This document shows, one piece after another, positions 23,357-34,474 of a stretch of 64,000 nt of DNA. The stretch spans positions 11,472,001 to 11,536,000 of the forward strand of contig NC_086101.1 of NCBI RefSeq assembly GCF_963921235.1, given 5' to 3'. Both the position numbers and the translations under genes were made by a program. The first letter of the stretch is position 1. Each line of letters begins with the position of its first letter. The notes beneath the pieces are model-generated. The model ran no database searches, was not told the origin of the DNA, and saw only the letters and a list, made by a program, of their open reading frames with translations. Origin of the DNA: Mobula hypostoma (lineage: Eukaryota).

Positions 23357-25045
23357 ATAGCCATAGTCATAGTTATACTTTATTGATCCCGGGGGAAATT
23401 GGTTTTTGTTACAGTTGCACCATAAATAATAAATAGCAATAGAACCACAAATATTTAAATAGTAATATGTAATTATGCCAGTAAATTATGAAATAAGTCC
23501 AGGACCAGCCTATTGGCTCAGGATGTCTGACCCTCCAAGGGAGGAGTTGTAAAGTTTGATGGCCACAGGCAGGAATGACTTCCTATGACGCTCTGTGCTG
23601 CATCTCGGTGGAATGAGTCTCTGGCTGAATGTACTCCTGTGCGCAACCAGTACATTATGTAGTGGATGGGAGACATTGACCAAGATGGCATGCAACTTAG
23701 ACAGCATCCTCTTTTCAGACACCACCGTGAGAGAGTCCAGTTCCATCCCCACAACATCACTGGCCTTATGAATGAGTTTGTTGATTCTGTTGGTGTCTGC
23801 TACCCTCAGCCTGCTGCCCCAGCACACAACAGCAAACATGATAGCACTGGCCACCACAGACTCGTAGAACATCCTCAGCATCATCTGGCAGATGTTAAAG
23901 GACCTCAGTCTCCTCAGGAAATAGAGACGGCTCTGACCCTTCTTGTAGACAGCCTCAGTGTTCTTTGACCAGTCCAGTTTATTGTCAATTCATATCCCCA
24001 GGTATTTGTAATCCTCCACCATGTTCACACTGACCCCCTGGATGGAAACAGGGGTCACCGGTGCCTTAGCCCTCCTCAGGTCTACCACCAGCTCCTTAGT
24101 CTTTTTCACATTAAGCTGCAGATAATTCTGCTCACACCATGTGACAAAGTTTCCTACTGTAGCCCTGTATTCAGCTTCATCTCCCTTGCTGATGCATCCA
24201 ACTATGGCAGAGTCATCCGAAAACTTCTGAAGATGACAAGATTCTGTGCAGTAGTTGAAGTCCGAGGTGTAAATGGTGAAGAGAAGACAGTCCCCTGTGG
24301 AGCCCCAGTGCTGCTGATCACTCTGTCGGACACACAGTGTTGCAAGCACACGTACTGTGGTCTGCCAGTCAGGTAATCAAGAATCCATGACACCAGGAAA
24401 GCATCCACCTGCATCGCTGTCAGCTTCTCCCCCAGCAGAGCAGGGCGGATGGTGTTGAACGCACTGGAGAAGTCAAAAAACATGACCCTCACAGTGCTCG
24501 CTGGCTTGTCCAGGTGGGCGTAGACATGGTTCAGCAGGTAGACGATGGCATCCTCAACTCCTAGTCGGGGCTGGTAGGCGAACTGGAGGGGATCTAAGTG
24601 TGGCCTGACCTTAGGCCGGAGCAGCTCCAGAACAAGTCTCTCCAGGGTCTTCATGATGTGGGAGGTCAATGCCACCGGTCTGTAGTCATTGAGGCCGCTG
24701 GGGCGCGGCGTCTTTGGCACAGGGACGAGGCAGGACGTCTTCCACAGTACAGGAACCCTCCGGAGCCTCAGGCTCAGGTTGAATACATGGCGAAGTACTC
24801 CACATAGCTGAGGGGCACAAGCTTTGAGCACCCTGGTACTGACACCATCCGGTCCTGCAGCCTTGCTTGGGTTGAGACGTTTCAGCTGTCTTCTCACCTG
24901 TAGAGCTGTGAAGCCCACCATGGTGGTTTCGTGTGGGGAAGGGGTATAGTCATGAGAGCAGGGTGGGGGACTGTGAGGAGGGGTAGGAGGGGAGAGTGGA
25001 ATATGTGTTGGTTGGGGGCCGACAACAGATGGCAGGGGCCACAAT
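23357..25045 (-). mobile_element. Rex1/Babar LINE RT, 5'-truncated and frameshifted
   Basis: KAAGPDG, DYRPVALTSHIMKTLERL, FFDFSSAFNT, GAPQG, KFSDD, ERHRKSFLP; (CTATGA)n tail. Confidence 0.93.
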
Positions 25046-25498
25046 GTCAAATTAGAAGATCGGCACAACATTCTTGGGCCGAAAGGCCTGTATTATGCTG
25101 TACCGCTCTATGTTCTATTTTCTACCTTTCAGTCATTACCACTAGATCTGTCAACTTGTAATACAATTTCACTTTTTTATAATTCTTTTTAACAGATACT
25201 CTGAATTTGTATTTATCCACCGTTTAACGCCCCATTTGGCGTGTTCCTTCCCGTCCTGAACAAACTGTGACAAGCCCTTCTCTCTGGTTATTGATTTTCA
25301 GCCTTATTTGTGTCTTCCCGATCCTTCCGTCATGTAAGATTAACTGGAAGAGCCGGACATTTTACCATTGAACAGCTGCAGAATGTTCATTCTCTGTGGT
25401 TGTAGCGCTTGCGGTGGACAATCGTGGTACTGATCGTGGACAATCGGATTCAACAGTAAAAGCATTTTGAACCAGGAAGTACCGGGTCCGGAGCTAAC

Positions 25499-25909
25499 AT
25501 GGCTTCGAAAGGACGGGACGAGAGTTTAACTGAGGAGGTAATTTGTCCCAGCTGCCAGGATTTCTTCACCGATCCGGTCACTCTGGAATGTGGACACAAC
25601 TTCTGCCGCTCCTGTATCACACGGTGTTGGGAAAGGGAGGAGAGAAACTCCTGTCCGGAGTGTCGAGCTCTGTTTGCCGACCGGACCCTCAGGCCAAGAC
25701 GACTCTTAGCAAGACTGGCTGAAAAAGCTCGAAAACTGCACCTGAAGCCGAGAGAGAATGAAAGTAAACTTCACTGCGAGGAACATGAGGAAGAAATGAA
25801 GCTGTTTTGTGAAACGGACAAGAAACTGATCTGCGTGATTTGTAAATGTGCCCAGGAGCACAGAGAGCACCGCTTCCTGTCGATTAGAGAAGCTGTTGAA
25901 ATCTACAAG
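25499..25909 (+). CDS. TRIM gene 1 coding exon 1: RING (C3HC4) + B-box2 (TRIM27/39/A33-like)
   Basis: CPSC...CGHNFCRSC...CPEC; CEEH...FCETD..LICVIC....EHREH; donor AAG|GTAAAT; 411 bp. Confidence 0.95.
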
Positions 25910-25989
25910 GTAAATATCAACCGAATTCAATAACCTCTCTACCTTTTTGCGTCTGTTTTTTTCTCATTCACTTACTCTCTGATTCTCAG

Positions 25990-26085
25990 GACCAGGTTAA
26001 ATCTTCAATAGAAACCCTCACAAAAAAGAAATCAGACTTTCTGGAAACGGAGCAGCAACAGATACAGAAGATTTCCGGAGTTCGG
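25990..26085 (+). CDS. TRIM gene 1 exon 2 (coiled coil, 96 bp)
   Basis: CTCAG|GAC...CGG|GTGAG; DQVKSSIETLTKKK...SGVR; typical TRIM exon size. Confidence 0.9.
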
Positions 26086-26145
26086 GTGAGGCCTGCCTGT
26101 GTGCAATTTCTGATCTTGTTGTTTAGTTTTCGTTTCCTCTGCTGA

Positions 26146-26480
26146 TGGCAGCACCGTATCGCAGCAGGTAGTGCTGCCTTTTTTATAGATTCAGCGACCT
26201 GGGTTCGACCCCGTTCTATGGTGCTGTCTGCGTGGAGTTTGCCGGTTCTCCCTATGACCTAGACCGGTTTTACGGCAATCGCAAAGGCATGCCGGTTGAA
26301 TGGCTAATTGACTGCCATGACGTGGCTGGTGTGGGAATCGACTTTGGCGTTAATGGGTATAGATGGAAAAGAGGTTTCTTAGACTGAAGGAATGGGATGG
26401 GTGGGATTGCTCTGAAAATCAGCACAAATTTTAAGGACGAAATGATTGCTTTCAGTGTCGTGGTGCAGTCACATAATAGG
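26146..26480 (+). mobile_element. Degenerate tRNA-derived SINE in intron 2
   Basis: B-box-like GACCTGGGTTCGACCCC and GTCTGCGTGGAGTTTGC. Confidence 0.7.
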
Positions 26481-26504
26481 TTAACCTTTATGGTCATTTG
26501 ACAG

Positions 26505-26738
26505 GAACAGTCTCGCCACGTTCAGTCCCACATCACAGCCCATTTTGCTGAACTGCACCAGATTCTTGCCGAGAAAGAGCAGCACTTACTCAGAGATCTC
26601 AAGGAAGAAGAGGAGAGGATTCTAAATCCAATGAAGAAAAATCTTCGTGAGATTCAAGAGAATTTAAATTCTATTCAGGAGGAAATTTCAAAGTTACGAG
26701 CACGGATGCATCTAACAGACAGTGTGAGGTTCCTCAAG
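26505..26738 (+). CDS. TRIM gene 1 exon 3 (coiled coil, 234 bp)
   Basis: GACAG|GAA...AAG|GTGAG; EQSRHVQSHITAHFAELHQIL...DSVRFLK open. Confidence 0.9.
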
Positions 26739-26754
26739 GTGAGAGACAATATTA

Positions 26755-28200
26755 CAAGCACAAGAGATTCTGCAGATGCTGGTGTTGGAGAAACACAAAC
26801 AATGCTGGAGGAACTCAGCTGATCAAGCAGCATCTGTGTGGTCAACTTTCCAACAGGGAATCTTCATCAGGATTGGACAGGAAAGAGGCAGAGGCCAGAA
26901 TAAGAAGGTGGCGGAGGGAGAGAAGTACAAGCTGGCAGGTGATAGGTGAAACCAGGTGAGGAAGGAGGTGTGTGGCTGGGGGGATAAATTAAGAAGCCAG
27001 AGACGATAGGCGGAAAGAGTATCTAATAGGAGGATGAAGAAAGGGAAGGATGAGGGGCACTAGAGGGAGGTGATGGGTAGGTGAGGAAATAAGAAGGGGT
27101 GAGAGGGGAAACAGAATGGGGAATGGAATAAAGAGAAGGGGGAGGGAGTGAAATTGCTGGAGGTTAGAGAAATTGATGCTGGCTGGCCTACTGGGTTCCT
27201 CCAGCATTTTGTGTATGTTTGCTTTGCATTTCCAGCATCTGCGGTATTTCTTGTGTAGCAAAGTCGATGTTCATGTCATAATGCTGGAGGCTGCCCAGAA
27301 GGAATATGAGGTGTTGCTCCTCCACCCCGAGTGTGGTGTCATCGTAGCAGATGAGGAGGCCATTGACCAACATGCCAAAGTCAAATTGAAATGGGTGGCC
27401 ACCGGGAAATTTCACTTTTTGCAGTGGACAGAACAAAATGCTCCCTGTTTACGTTTGATCTCACTGATGTAGGGGAGGCCGCACTGGGAGCAACAGATAG
27501 AGTAGATGACCTTGATAGATTCACAGGGAGAACGATGTGCTGGACACAGAGGCTCGTGAGGTGGTAGACAGAGACAAGGGGAACACTATCCCACTCATAG
27601 CAGCAGGAGGACGGGGTGAGAGCAGCTGTGTGGGAAGTGGAGGAGAAGCGGGTGAGATCACCATCAATGGCAGTGGGCAGTGAACTCCCATTCTTTGAAG
27701 AAGGAGGACATCTCTACAGTCCTGGAAGAGAAAGTCTTGCCCTGAGAAGACAGATGTGGAGACTGAGGAACTGGGAAAAGTGAATAGCATTTTCACAAGT
27801 TACAGTGAGAGGAGGTACAATATAGTCAAGATAACTCTGAGAGTCAGTAGATTTGTATAAGATATCAGTATCCACCTCTGGAGACAGAGATTGAAAAAGG
27901 GGAGAGGGGTGTCAGAGATGTCAAAAGGGAGAGAGCTTTCAGGCCAGGGTGGAAGCTCGAGGCAAAGTTGATCAAAGTGATGAGCTCAGCATAGGTGCAT
28001 GAAGCAGTACCAGTGCAGTTGTCAATGTGGCAAAGAAGCAATACCAAGGAAGGCTTGGAACATGGACTGTTCATTGTCATAGTCATAGTCATACTTTATT
28101 GATCCCAGGGGAAATTGGTTAAATTGGTTCCACGAAATCGACAAAAGGCAGGCATAGCTGAGGACATGCTGGTGTCAATGGCTACGCCTTGGGTTTGGAG
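26755..28200 (-). mobile_element. Old Penelope-like element in intron 3
   Basis: 3' terminus at ~26760 (GATTCTGCAGATGCTGG), purine-rich UTR, EEQHLIF.LGSLQ and RT remnants on minus. Confidence 0.8.
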
Positions 28201-29284
28201 AGAGTTGAAGGAGCCGAAAGGGAAGTTGTTGAGTGTGAGGATCAGTTCCACCAGGTGGTGGCAGAGGTGGAATGTGGTTCAGTGAATGTGAACGTTAACA
28301 AAATGGGAAGTGGTAGTTTTGAAGCAGGTGTGATGTTTACCACCAACTCAGAACTTACTGAAACTGTTCTAAACTGACTTCTGACAATATTTGCACATCA
28401 CAGGGCAATGTGCAGACTTCCCAGGAATGAGCTATTGTAACACAGAGCTGGTGATTGTTTCTGTGAATCTCACATCTAAAATCCATTGAAACTATCATTA
28501 TCATCCAGTGACACTCACATGCGTCTGGTGAGTGTGTCTGGTGCAGTGGGTGTGAGCATCTTTTTGCCGATGTGTGGACACTATGTTTGAATTGTGGAAT
28601 GTGATACAACATCTGGCTTTCGCCAGTAGAAACTAATTTTATCAGGGAAATTTGTACAGTTTCCTTTCTCAGATAAGTTCCACATGATATTCCACTATTT
28701 TCTACATCAAAGACAACTGCTCGGCCGTCTCTGCTATCAGTTCTTAGACCCGCACAAGCCTCTTCAACCGACTGACTAGCCCCATCAACAGTGAACAGTG
28801 AGCCAGGGTCTTTCACATGTTTCTCCAGCTTCCCCATTGCATTCCATCTCTCCTGCCTAGGTCAACGGTACGGATGCCAGCGAGATCCGCGTTCTCTTTA
28901 CTGAATTTATTGCGGGATCTATTGAAGACCACTTCACATTTTATTTTTGGCTAAAGGCATCCACACACATTTTTTATCTTCTCCCGCCCTTTGTAATCTA
29001 TAAATAACGTTAAATATCTGTCTGATCACCCTAGTGTCTAACTCGGATGAGAGTGCACGACCTGTCCCATCTTTCCTGAAAGTCTTCTCCCTCTGTCATA
29101 AATTTCCCAAACTTTCCTTTTACTTTCTCCCATGGTCCTATGTCAGTTCTGCAGTGAACTTTTTTTTAAAAGTTATGTGTCAGCGGGAGTGAAAGTTCAG
29201 AAAAGGGAGTATTCAGCACTGAGAATATTCCTGCTGTAGGAATCCAGTCTCAGTTATTTCAAAACTGTGTTTATTTTATTTTAG

Positions 29285-29307
29285 GAAGAAGTTCATCAGA
29301 AGAACAG
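29285..29307 (+). CDS. TRIM gene 1 exon 4 (23 bp)
   Basis: TTTTAG|GAAGAAGTTCATCAGAAGAACAG|GTAGG; paralogous exon at 53196-53218. Confidence 0.85.
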
Positions 29308-29395
29308 GTAGGACATGCTCTCGGCACAATTCCTTCTTAAAATAATTCAAGATTGTCTGATGCTTTGTTTATAACCAGCTGTTTAATATTTGCAG

Positions 29396-29514
29396 CATTA
29401 GCGATGAAGCCCCAATGTTGTCAGTGACAGACGGTGCCCTGACGTTGGAGAAATTCAATAATCTCTTTTCGCTAGAAACATTGTTGAAAGAAACTTATGT
29501 TGCCATTAAGCAAG
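29396..29514 (+). CDS. TRIM gene 1 exon 5 (119 bp linker)
   Basis: TGCAG|C...CAAG|GTAAAA; ISDEAPMLSVTDGALTLEKFN...AIKQ; phases 2/1 fit neighbouring exons. Confidence 0.85.
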
Positions 29515-30246
29515 GTAAAACTTCCACAGTTTTCTTCGTCTTTGCACCATTAAATAATAATTAGAAGCAAAAATTGACTGGAATAAAGTTTGTTGGGGGA
29601 TTGACCTTGGGGCACACCCTAACCAATCAGGCAAAGATTCTGGCACCAACCTCACTGCATCCTGCACCTATCCACACTGCATAAGTACAATACATGGGTA
29701 TGAAATTCACCATAGTACTTGGGAAATTAAAATTCCTCTAATTAAACCAGAGGGAATAAAAACTAAAATTGTCATGGAAACAGACCTGTACCCAGCAAGG
29801 CAGGAAACCTGCGCCACTCACCCCATCTGACCTGTCCATGACTGCAGACTCTGCTGGACTTGTGAGTCACGCCGTTGTTATCAATTCACCACACAGAAGC
29901 ACTTTAGTCTGAGACCAGAAGGAAGACCAGCAATAACCTTGTCCCAAGATTGGGTTTTGAGGGAAGCATGCACAGACTAATTGATATGGTAAAGATCTCC
30001 TCACATCAGAATGATTGGCAGATTAGGGCCAGAACCATCACAATGTTCATTGTTTATTCTCTGAATAACATGGAATCCATTGCTAGAGACCCAGTGAATT
30101 CATTGATTTGAGAAATCCTAAGACATGCCACATATATTCTCATCAACAGACAACATAAATGTAGGGACCCCCAATAACATATACATACTTCAATGTGCAC
30201 ACTCTCCTTCCCAGGGTACGCAAATCCACTGATATTTACTCCAGTC

Positions 30247-30343
30247 AACACACACACACACACACGCACACACACACGCGCACACACACACGCGCACACA
30301 CACACGCACACACACACACGCGCACACACACACGCACACACAC

Positions 30344-30375
<32 letters not shown>

Positions 30376-30377
30376 CA
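30247..30377. repeat. Imperfect (CA)n/(CG) microsatellite
   Basis: Directly visible. Confidence 0.97.
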
Positions 30378-30874
30378 ACCTTACAATCCCCAAGTCTGCA
30401 CCTATTCTATCTCACACCCGATCATTCAAACCCACATTCCTGCCAAGGCAATGCAACACTCCCCATATCTCACAAATCACTCCAGAAAATAAAACACGGC
30501 CAGGCATAGGTCATCTGGCCCTTCATGCCTGCCCATTTTCAATATGGTCACGGCTTCTCTCCCCAGGATTCATCTCTTCTTCTGTGCCAGACAGATTGCT
30601 CTGAATTCTCTAATAATACAGATAATTATCTCCCTCATTCCAACATCTCCAGTAACCAATCACATCAGTCCCCTCCATCATCCATTTGCCTCCCATTCCA
30701 TGACTCTGTAATAAAAGTTCCAAACATTGTGCCGTTCCCGTTATATTCACCCGCAGGTTTCGAATTTCCCCTCACTGTTTCTGTCTGCATGCCTCTGCAT
30801 TCTCCCGGCAATCCCAGGAAACTCTCGCTCCATCCAACCCAGTGAAAATGTTCACAAGAAGTTTGTTTTCCATA

Positions 30875-32479
30875 CAGTGGCATGCAAAAGTTTGGGCACC
30901 CCGGTCAAAACTTCTGTTACTGTGAATAGCTAAGTGAGTAAAAGATGATCTGATATTCAAAAGGCATGAAGTTAAAGAAGATACATTTCTTTAATATTTT
31001 AAGCAAGATTACTTTTTTATTTCCAACTTTTACAGTTTCAAAATAACTAAAAAGGAAAAGGGCCCAAAGCAAAAGTTTGGGCACTCTGCATGGTCAGTAC
31101 TTAGTAACACCCCCTTTAGCAAGTATCACAGCTTGTAAATGCTTTTTGTAGCCAGCTAAGAGTCTTTCAATGTTTGTTTGGGGGATTTTCGCCCATTCTT
31201 CCTTGCAAAAGGCTTCTAGTTCTGTGAGATTCTTGGGCCGTCTTGCATGCACTGCTCTTTTGAGGTCTATCCACAGATTTTCAATGATGATTAGGTCGGG
31301 GGACTATAAGGTCCATGGCAAAACCTGCAGCTCGTGCTTCTTGATGTAGTCCATTGAGGATTTTGAGGTGTGTTTAGGATCATTATCCTGTTGTAGAATC
31401 CATCCTCTTTTCATCTTCAGCTTTTTTATAAATGATGTGATGTTTGCTTCCAGAATTTGCTGGTATTTAATTGAGTTCATTCTTCCCTCTACCAGTGAAA
31501 TGTTCCCCATTCCACTGGCTGCAACACAAGCCCAAAACATGATTGATCCACCCCCGTGCTTAACAGTTGGAGAGGTGCTCTTTTCATGAAATTCTGCACC
31601 CTTTTTTCTCCAAACGCACCTTTGCTCATTGCGGCCAAAAAGTTCTATTTTAACTTCATCAGTCCATAGGACTTGTTTCCAAAATGCATCAGGCTTGTTT
31701 AGATGTTCCTTTGCAAACTTCTGATGCTGAATTTTGTGGTGAGGACACAGGAAAGGTTTTCTTCTGATGACTGTTCCATGAAGGTCATATTTGTGCAGGT
31801 GTCGCTACACAGTAGAACAGTGCACCACCACTCCAGAGTCTGCTAAATCTTCCTGAAGGTCTTCTGCAGTCAAACAGGGGTTTTGATTTGCCTTTCTAGC
31901 AATTCTACGAGCAGAGTTTTCTTGGTCTTCCAGACCTCAACTCGACCTCCACCGTTCCTGTTAACTGCCATTTCTTAATTTCATTATGAACTGAGAAAAC
32001 GGCTACCTGAAAATGCTTTGCTATCTTCTTATAGCCTTCTCCTGCTTTGTGGGCATCAATTATTTTAATTTTCAGAGTGCTAGGCAGCTGCTTAGAGGAG
32101 CCCATGGTTGCTGATGTTGGGACAAGGTTTGAGGAGTCAGGGTATTTATAAAGCTTTGAAATTTGAATCAACTGGCCTTTCCTAACAATGATTGTGAACA
32201 AGCCATAGCCCTAACAATTAAGGTCTGAGACCTTGGTAAAAGTTATCTGACAGCTCAAATCTCTTGGGGTGCCCAAACTTTTGCATGGTGCTCCTTTCCT
32301 TTTTTTCACTCTAAAATTGTACAAAACAGAAATAATACATTAGACTTGCTTAAAATGTTGAAAAGAATGTTTCATCTTTAACTTTATGACTTTTGGAGAT
32401 CAGTTCATCTTCTACTCACTTAACTATTCACAGTAACAGAAATTTTGACCAGGGGTGCCCAAACATTTGCATACCACTG
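30875..32479 (-). mobile_element. Full-length IR/DR-type Tc1 transposon (DD34E), transposase 31094-32105 disrupted
   Basis: TA|CAGTGG...CCACTG|TA; ~210-bp TIRs each with two copies of GCAAAAGTTTGGGCAC; MGSSKQL...GEGYKKIAK...GRPRK; QQDNDPKH...W..*SPDLIIIENLW with 34 residues between D and E; stop and frameshift present. Confidence 0.95.
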
Positions 32480-32618
32480 TATATCTCCAGAATGGTGACT
32501 GTTGCCGTTCAACTGGGCCTGGGGCTGATCAGTTTGACCTCCGGTCCCGAGGCCGCACTGCCCAGTCCCCGAGTACTCTCTAACCCTCTGCTTCCCTCCT
32601 CTCCACCCAACTCTACAG

Positions 32619-33277
32619 TCTCGGCGACCCTGGATTTGGAAACGGCAGGTCCGGGGCTCGTGGTGTCGGAAGACCTGAAGAAAGTGAAATGGACCAGGTC
32701 CACGCCAGATCTCCCTGACACCGGGAAGAGGTTTACAAATGGGGATTATGTGCTGGGATCAGAGGGATTCACATCAGGAAGACATTATTGGGAGGTGGAT
32801 GTGGCGGGGAATCGGTGGTGGAGGCTGGGAGTCGCCTCAGAGTCCGTGGAGAGGAAGAAAGGGATCAAACTGACAACAGACAATGGATTCTGGATCATCT
32901 GGCATCAGAATGATGAAATTAATGTGAACACCTCCCCTCCATCCCGTCTCACTGCCAGTTCCATCCCTGGGAGGGTGGGTGTTTATCTCAGTTATGAGTC
33001 TGGGACAATTTCATTTTACAACGCGGAGAATAGATCCCATCTCCACACCTTCACCGCAAATAAATTCATGGGAAAACTTTATCCTTTCTTTGGAACTGTG
33101 GATGAAAACGAGTGGGTCAGAATCTGCTCTGTGCCACTACAGATCTGTACACGGGTCGGGTCTGGGCATCGGCGTCAGATGCCGGGCTCAGGTTCTGTGA
33201 AAAACCTCGCTGTCACCAGATTGGTGCTGAAAGGGTCCCTTTTAGTTCCCAAGTTCAGCACTGTGGTGATCCAATGA
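32619..33277 (+). CDS. TRIM gene 1 exon 6: PRY/SPRY (B30.2) domain
   Basis: CTACAG|TC acceptor; TLDLETA, VSED, GFTSGRHYWEVDV, GFW, RVGVYLSYESGTISFYN, LYPFF. Six exons sum to 1542 nt = 513 aa + stop. Confidence 0.95.
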
Positions 33278-33641
33278 GCCCGGAAATGGAATGCCTGTAG
33301 ATATAAATGTTGACTTTTGTATTTTGGTTGATTGTCCATTCTTATTGATTGTGGTCTTACATTGAATGTGTTATGTTCCTTGGATTTACTGACCATGACT
33401 CAGGGTTGCATATGGTGACATATTTATTTTGATCTTGAATCTGAATTTACAAGACATGTCATCCGGGGACTTGGGTTTTATATATATATTAAAAATGGAA
33501 CTGCATGTTTACTGTCATCCTAAATGTGCCTTGTGCTGTGTATGACTGTTGGTACTGTGTTTTGCCCTGCAGGAAAACTCTTTTGCCTGGCTGTATTCAT
33601 GGGTATTCATGTAAGGTTGATAAATAAACATGAACTTGAAC

Positions 33642-33745
33642 TTTCAGTCCTGATGAAGGTTTCAGCTCGAACCATTGACTGTTTATTTTCCTCCATTGAT
33701 GCTGACTGACATGTGGAGTCCTACCAGCATCTCCTGTTCGTGGTT
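33642..33745 (+). mobile_element. Tiny PLE 3'-end fragment beginning at a decayed hammerhead
   Basis: CAGTC-CTGATGA-AGGTTTCAGCTC-GAAC-CATT-GACTG followed by terminus-like GATGCTG...CCAGCAT. Confidence 0.6.
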
Positions 33746-34474
33746 TTTTTTTGCTCAAGAGCTAAAGAGGGACAGACAAGTGAGTAAAACTGTGGTGAAA
33801 TATAATTTTTTGGCAAATATTCATTTAGCTAATGCCTTGAAACTGGGGGTGTGGAGACAATATTGTGTTGCGAAGAGCCAAATGCCGTGGAGAGTGGACA
33901 TCCATCTCAAAGTCATCGTGGTTCATTGAAGCATATGGAAAAATGGGACATACCCCCATTGTGTGGGTCCTCCATTGGCCTGCTCCACCTGTACTGCACA
34001 GCCTGATGGTGATAAAGGTGGGTGATCGGTCCTGACTGATTTCCACCACACATGCAGGACCACAAGGATATTGAGGCTGGCCTTAACGGGAAGATGGAGG
34101 ATATCTAATGTCAGTTTTCAACCTTACTGTCTGCCCCCATACTCCTCACTGCCAATATCCTCAAGCCTCCATCCGATTATCTGTCCAGCATCTCCCCGAG
34201 TCACCTGGTCTCTGGTTAGAAACAGTTAGTTAATCTATCAGTCTCACCTGTTAGCTACCTGGCATCCCTCATACCCCACAAACCATCCCTTTCCCTGATC
34301 ACCTGACCCTCCCCAAAAAAAATCACTGAACTCTCCTTCCCCCGTTTGCTCCAACACCATCTCACCTTCACAGTCGCACCCTCATTATCCGTCGGACAAC
34401 TTCCCAAGGACCTGACTGATCCAACCTCTTCCGATCATGTGCACGAACCCCTCCCAACGCCTTGATTATCTCAA

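Noticed and set aside
26124..26138. ISRE-like AGTTTTCGTTTCC in intron 2
   Set aside because: Imperfect, short and not seen at the same place in the paralogue.
26146..26230. tRNA gene
   Set aside because: Only decayed A/B boxes of a SINE head; no cloverleaf.
30054..30509. His/Thr- and Cys/Val-rich ORFs
   Set aside because: Translations of the (CA)n microsatellite.
32393..32618. N-terminal part of the 294-aa ORF
   Set aside because: Runs through the Tc1 TIR and intron; coding starts at the acceptor at 32619. The same applies to 62488-62605 on minus.
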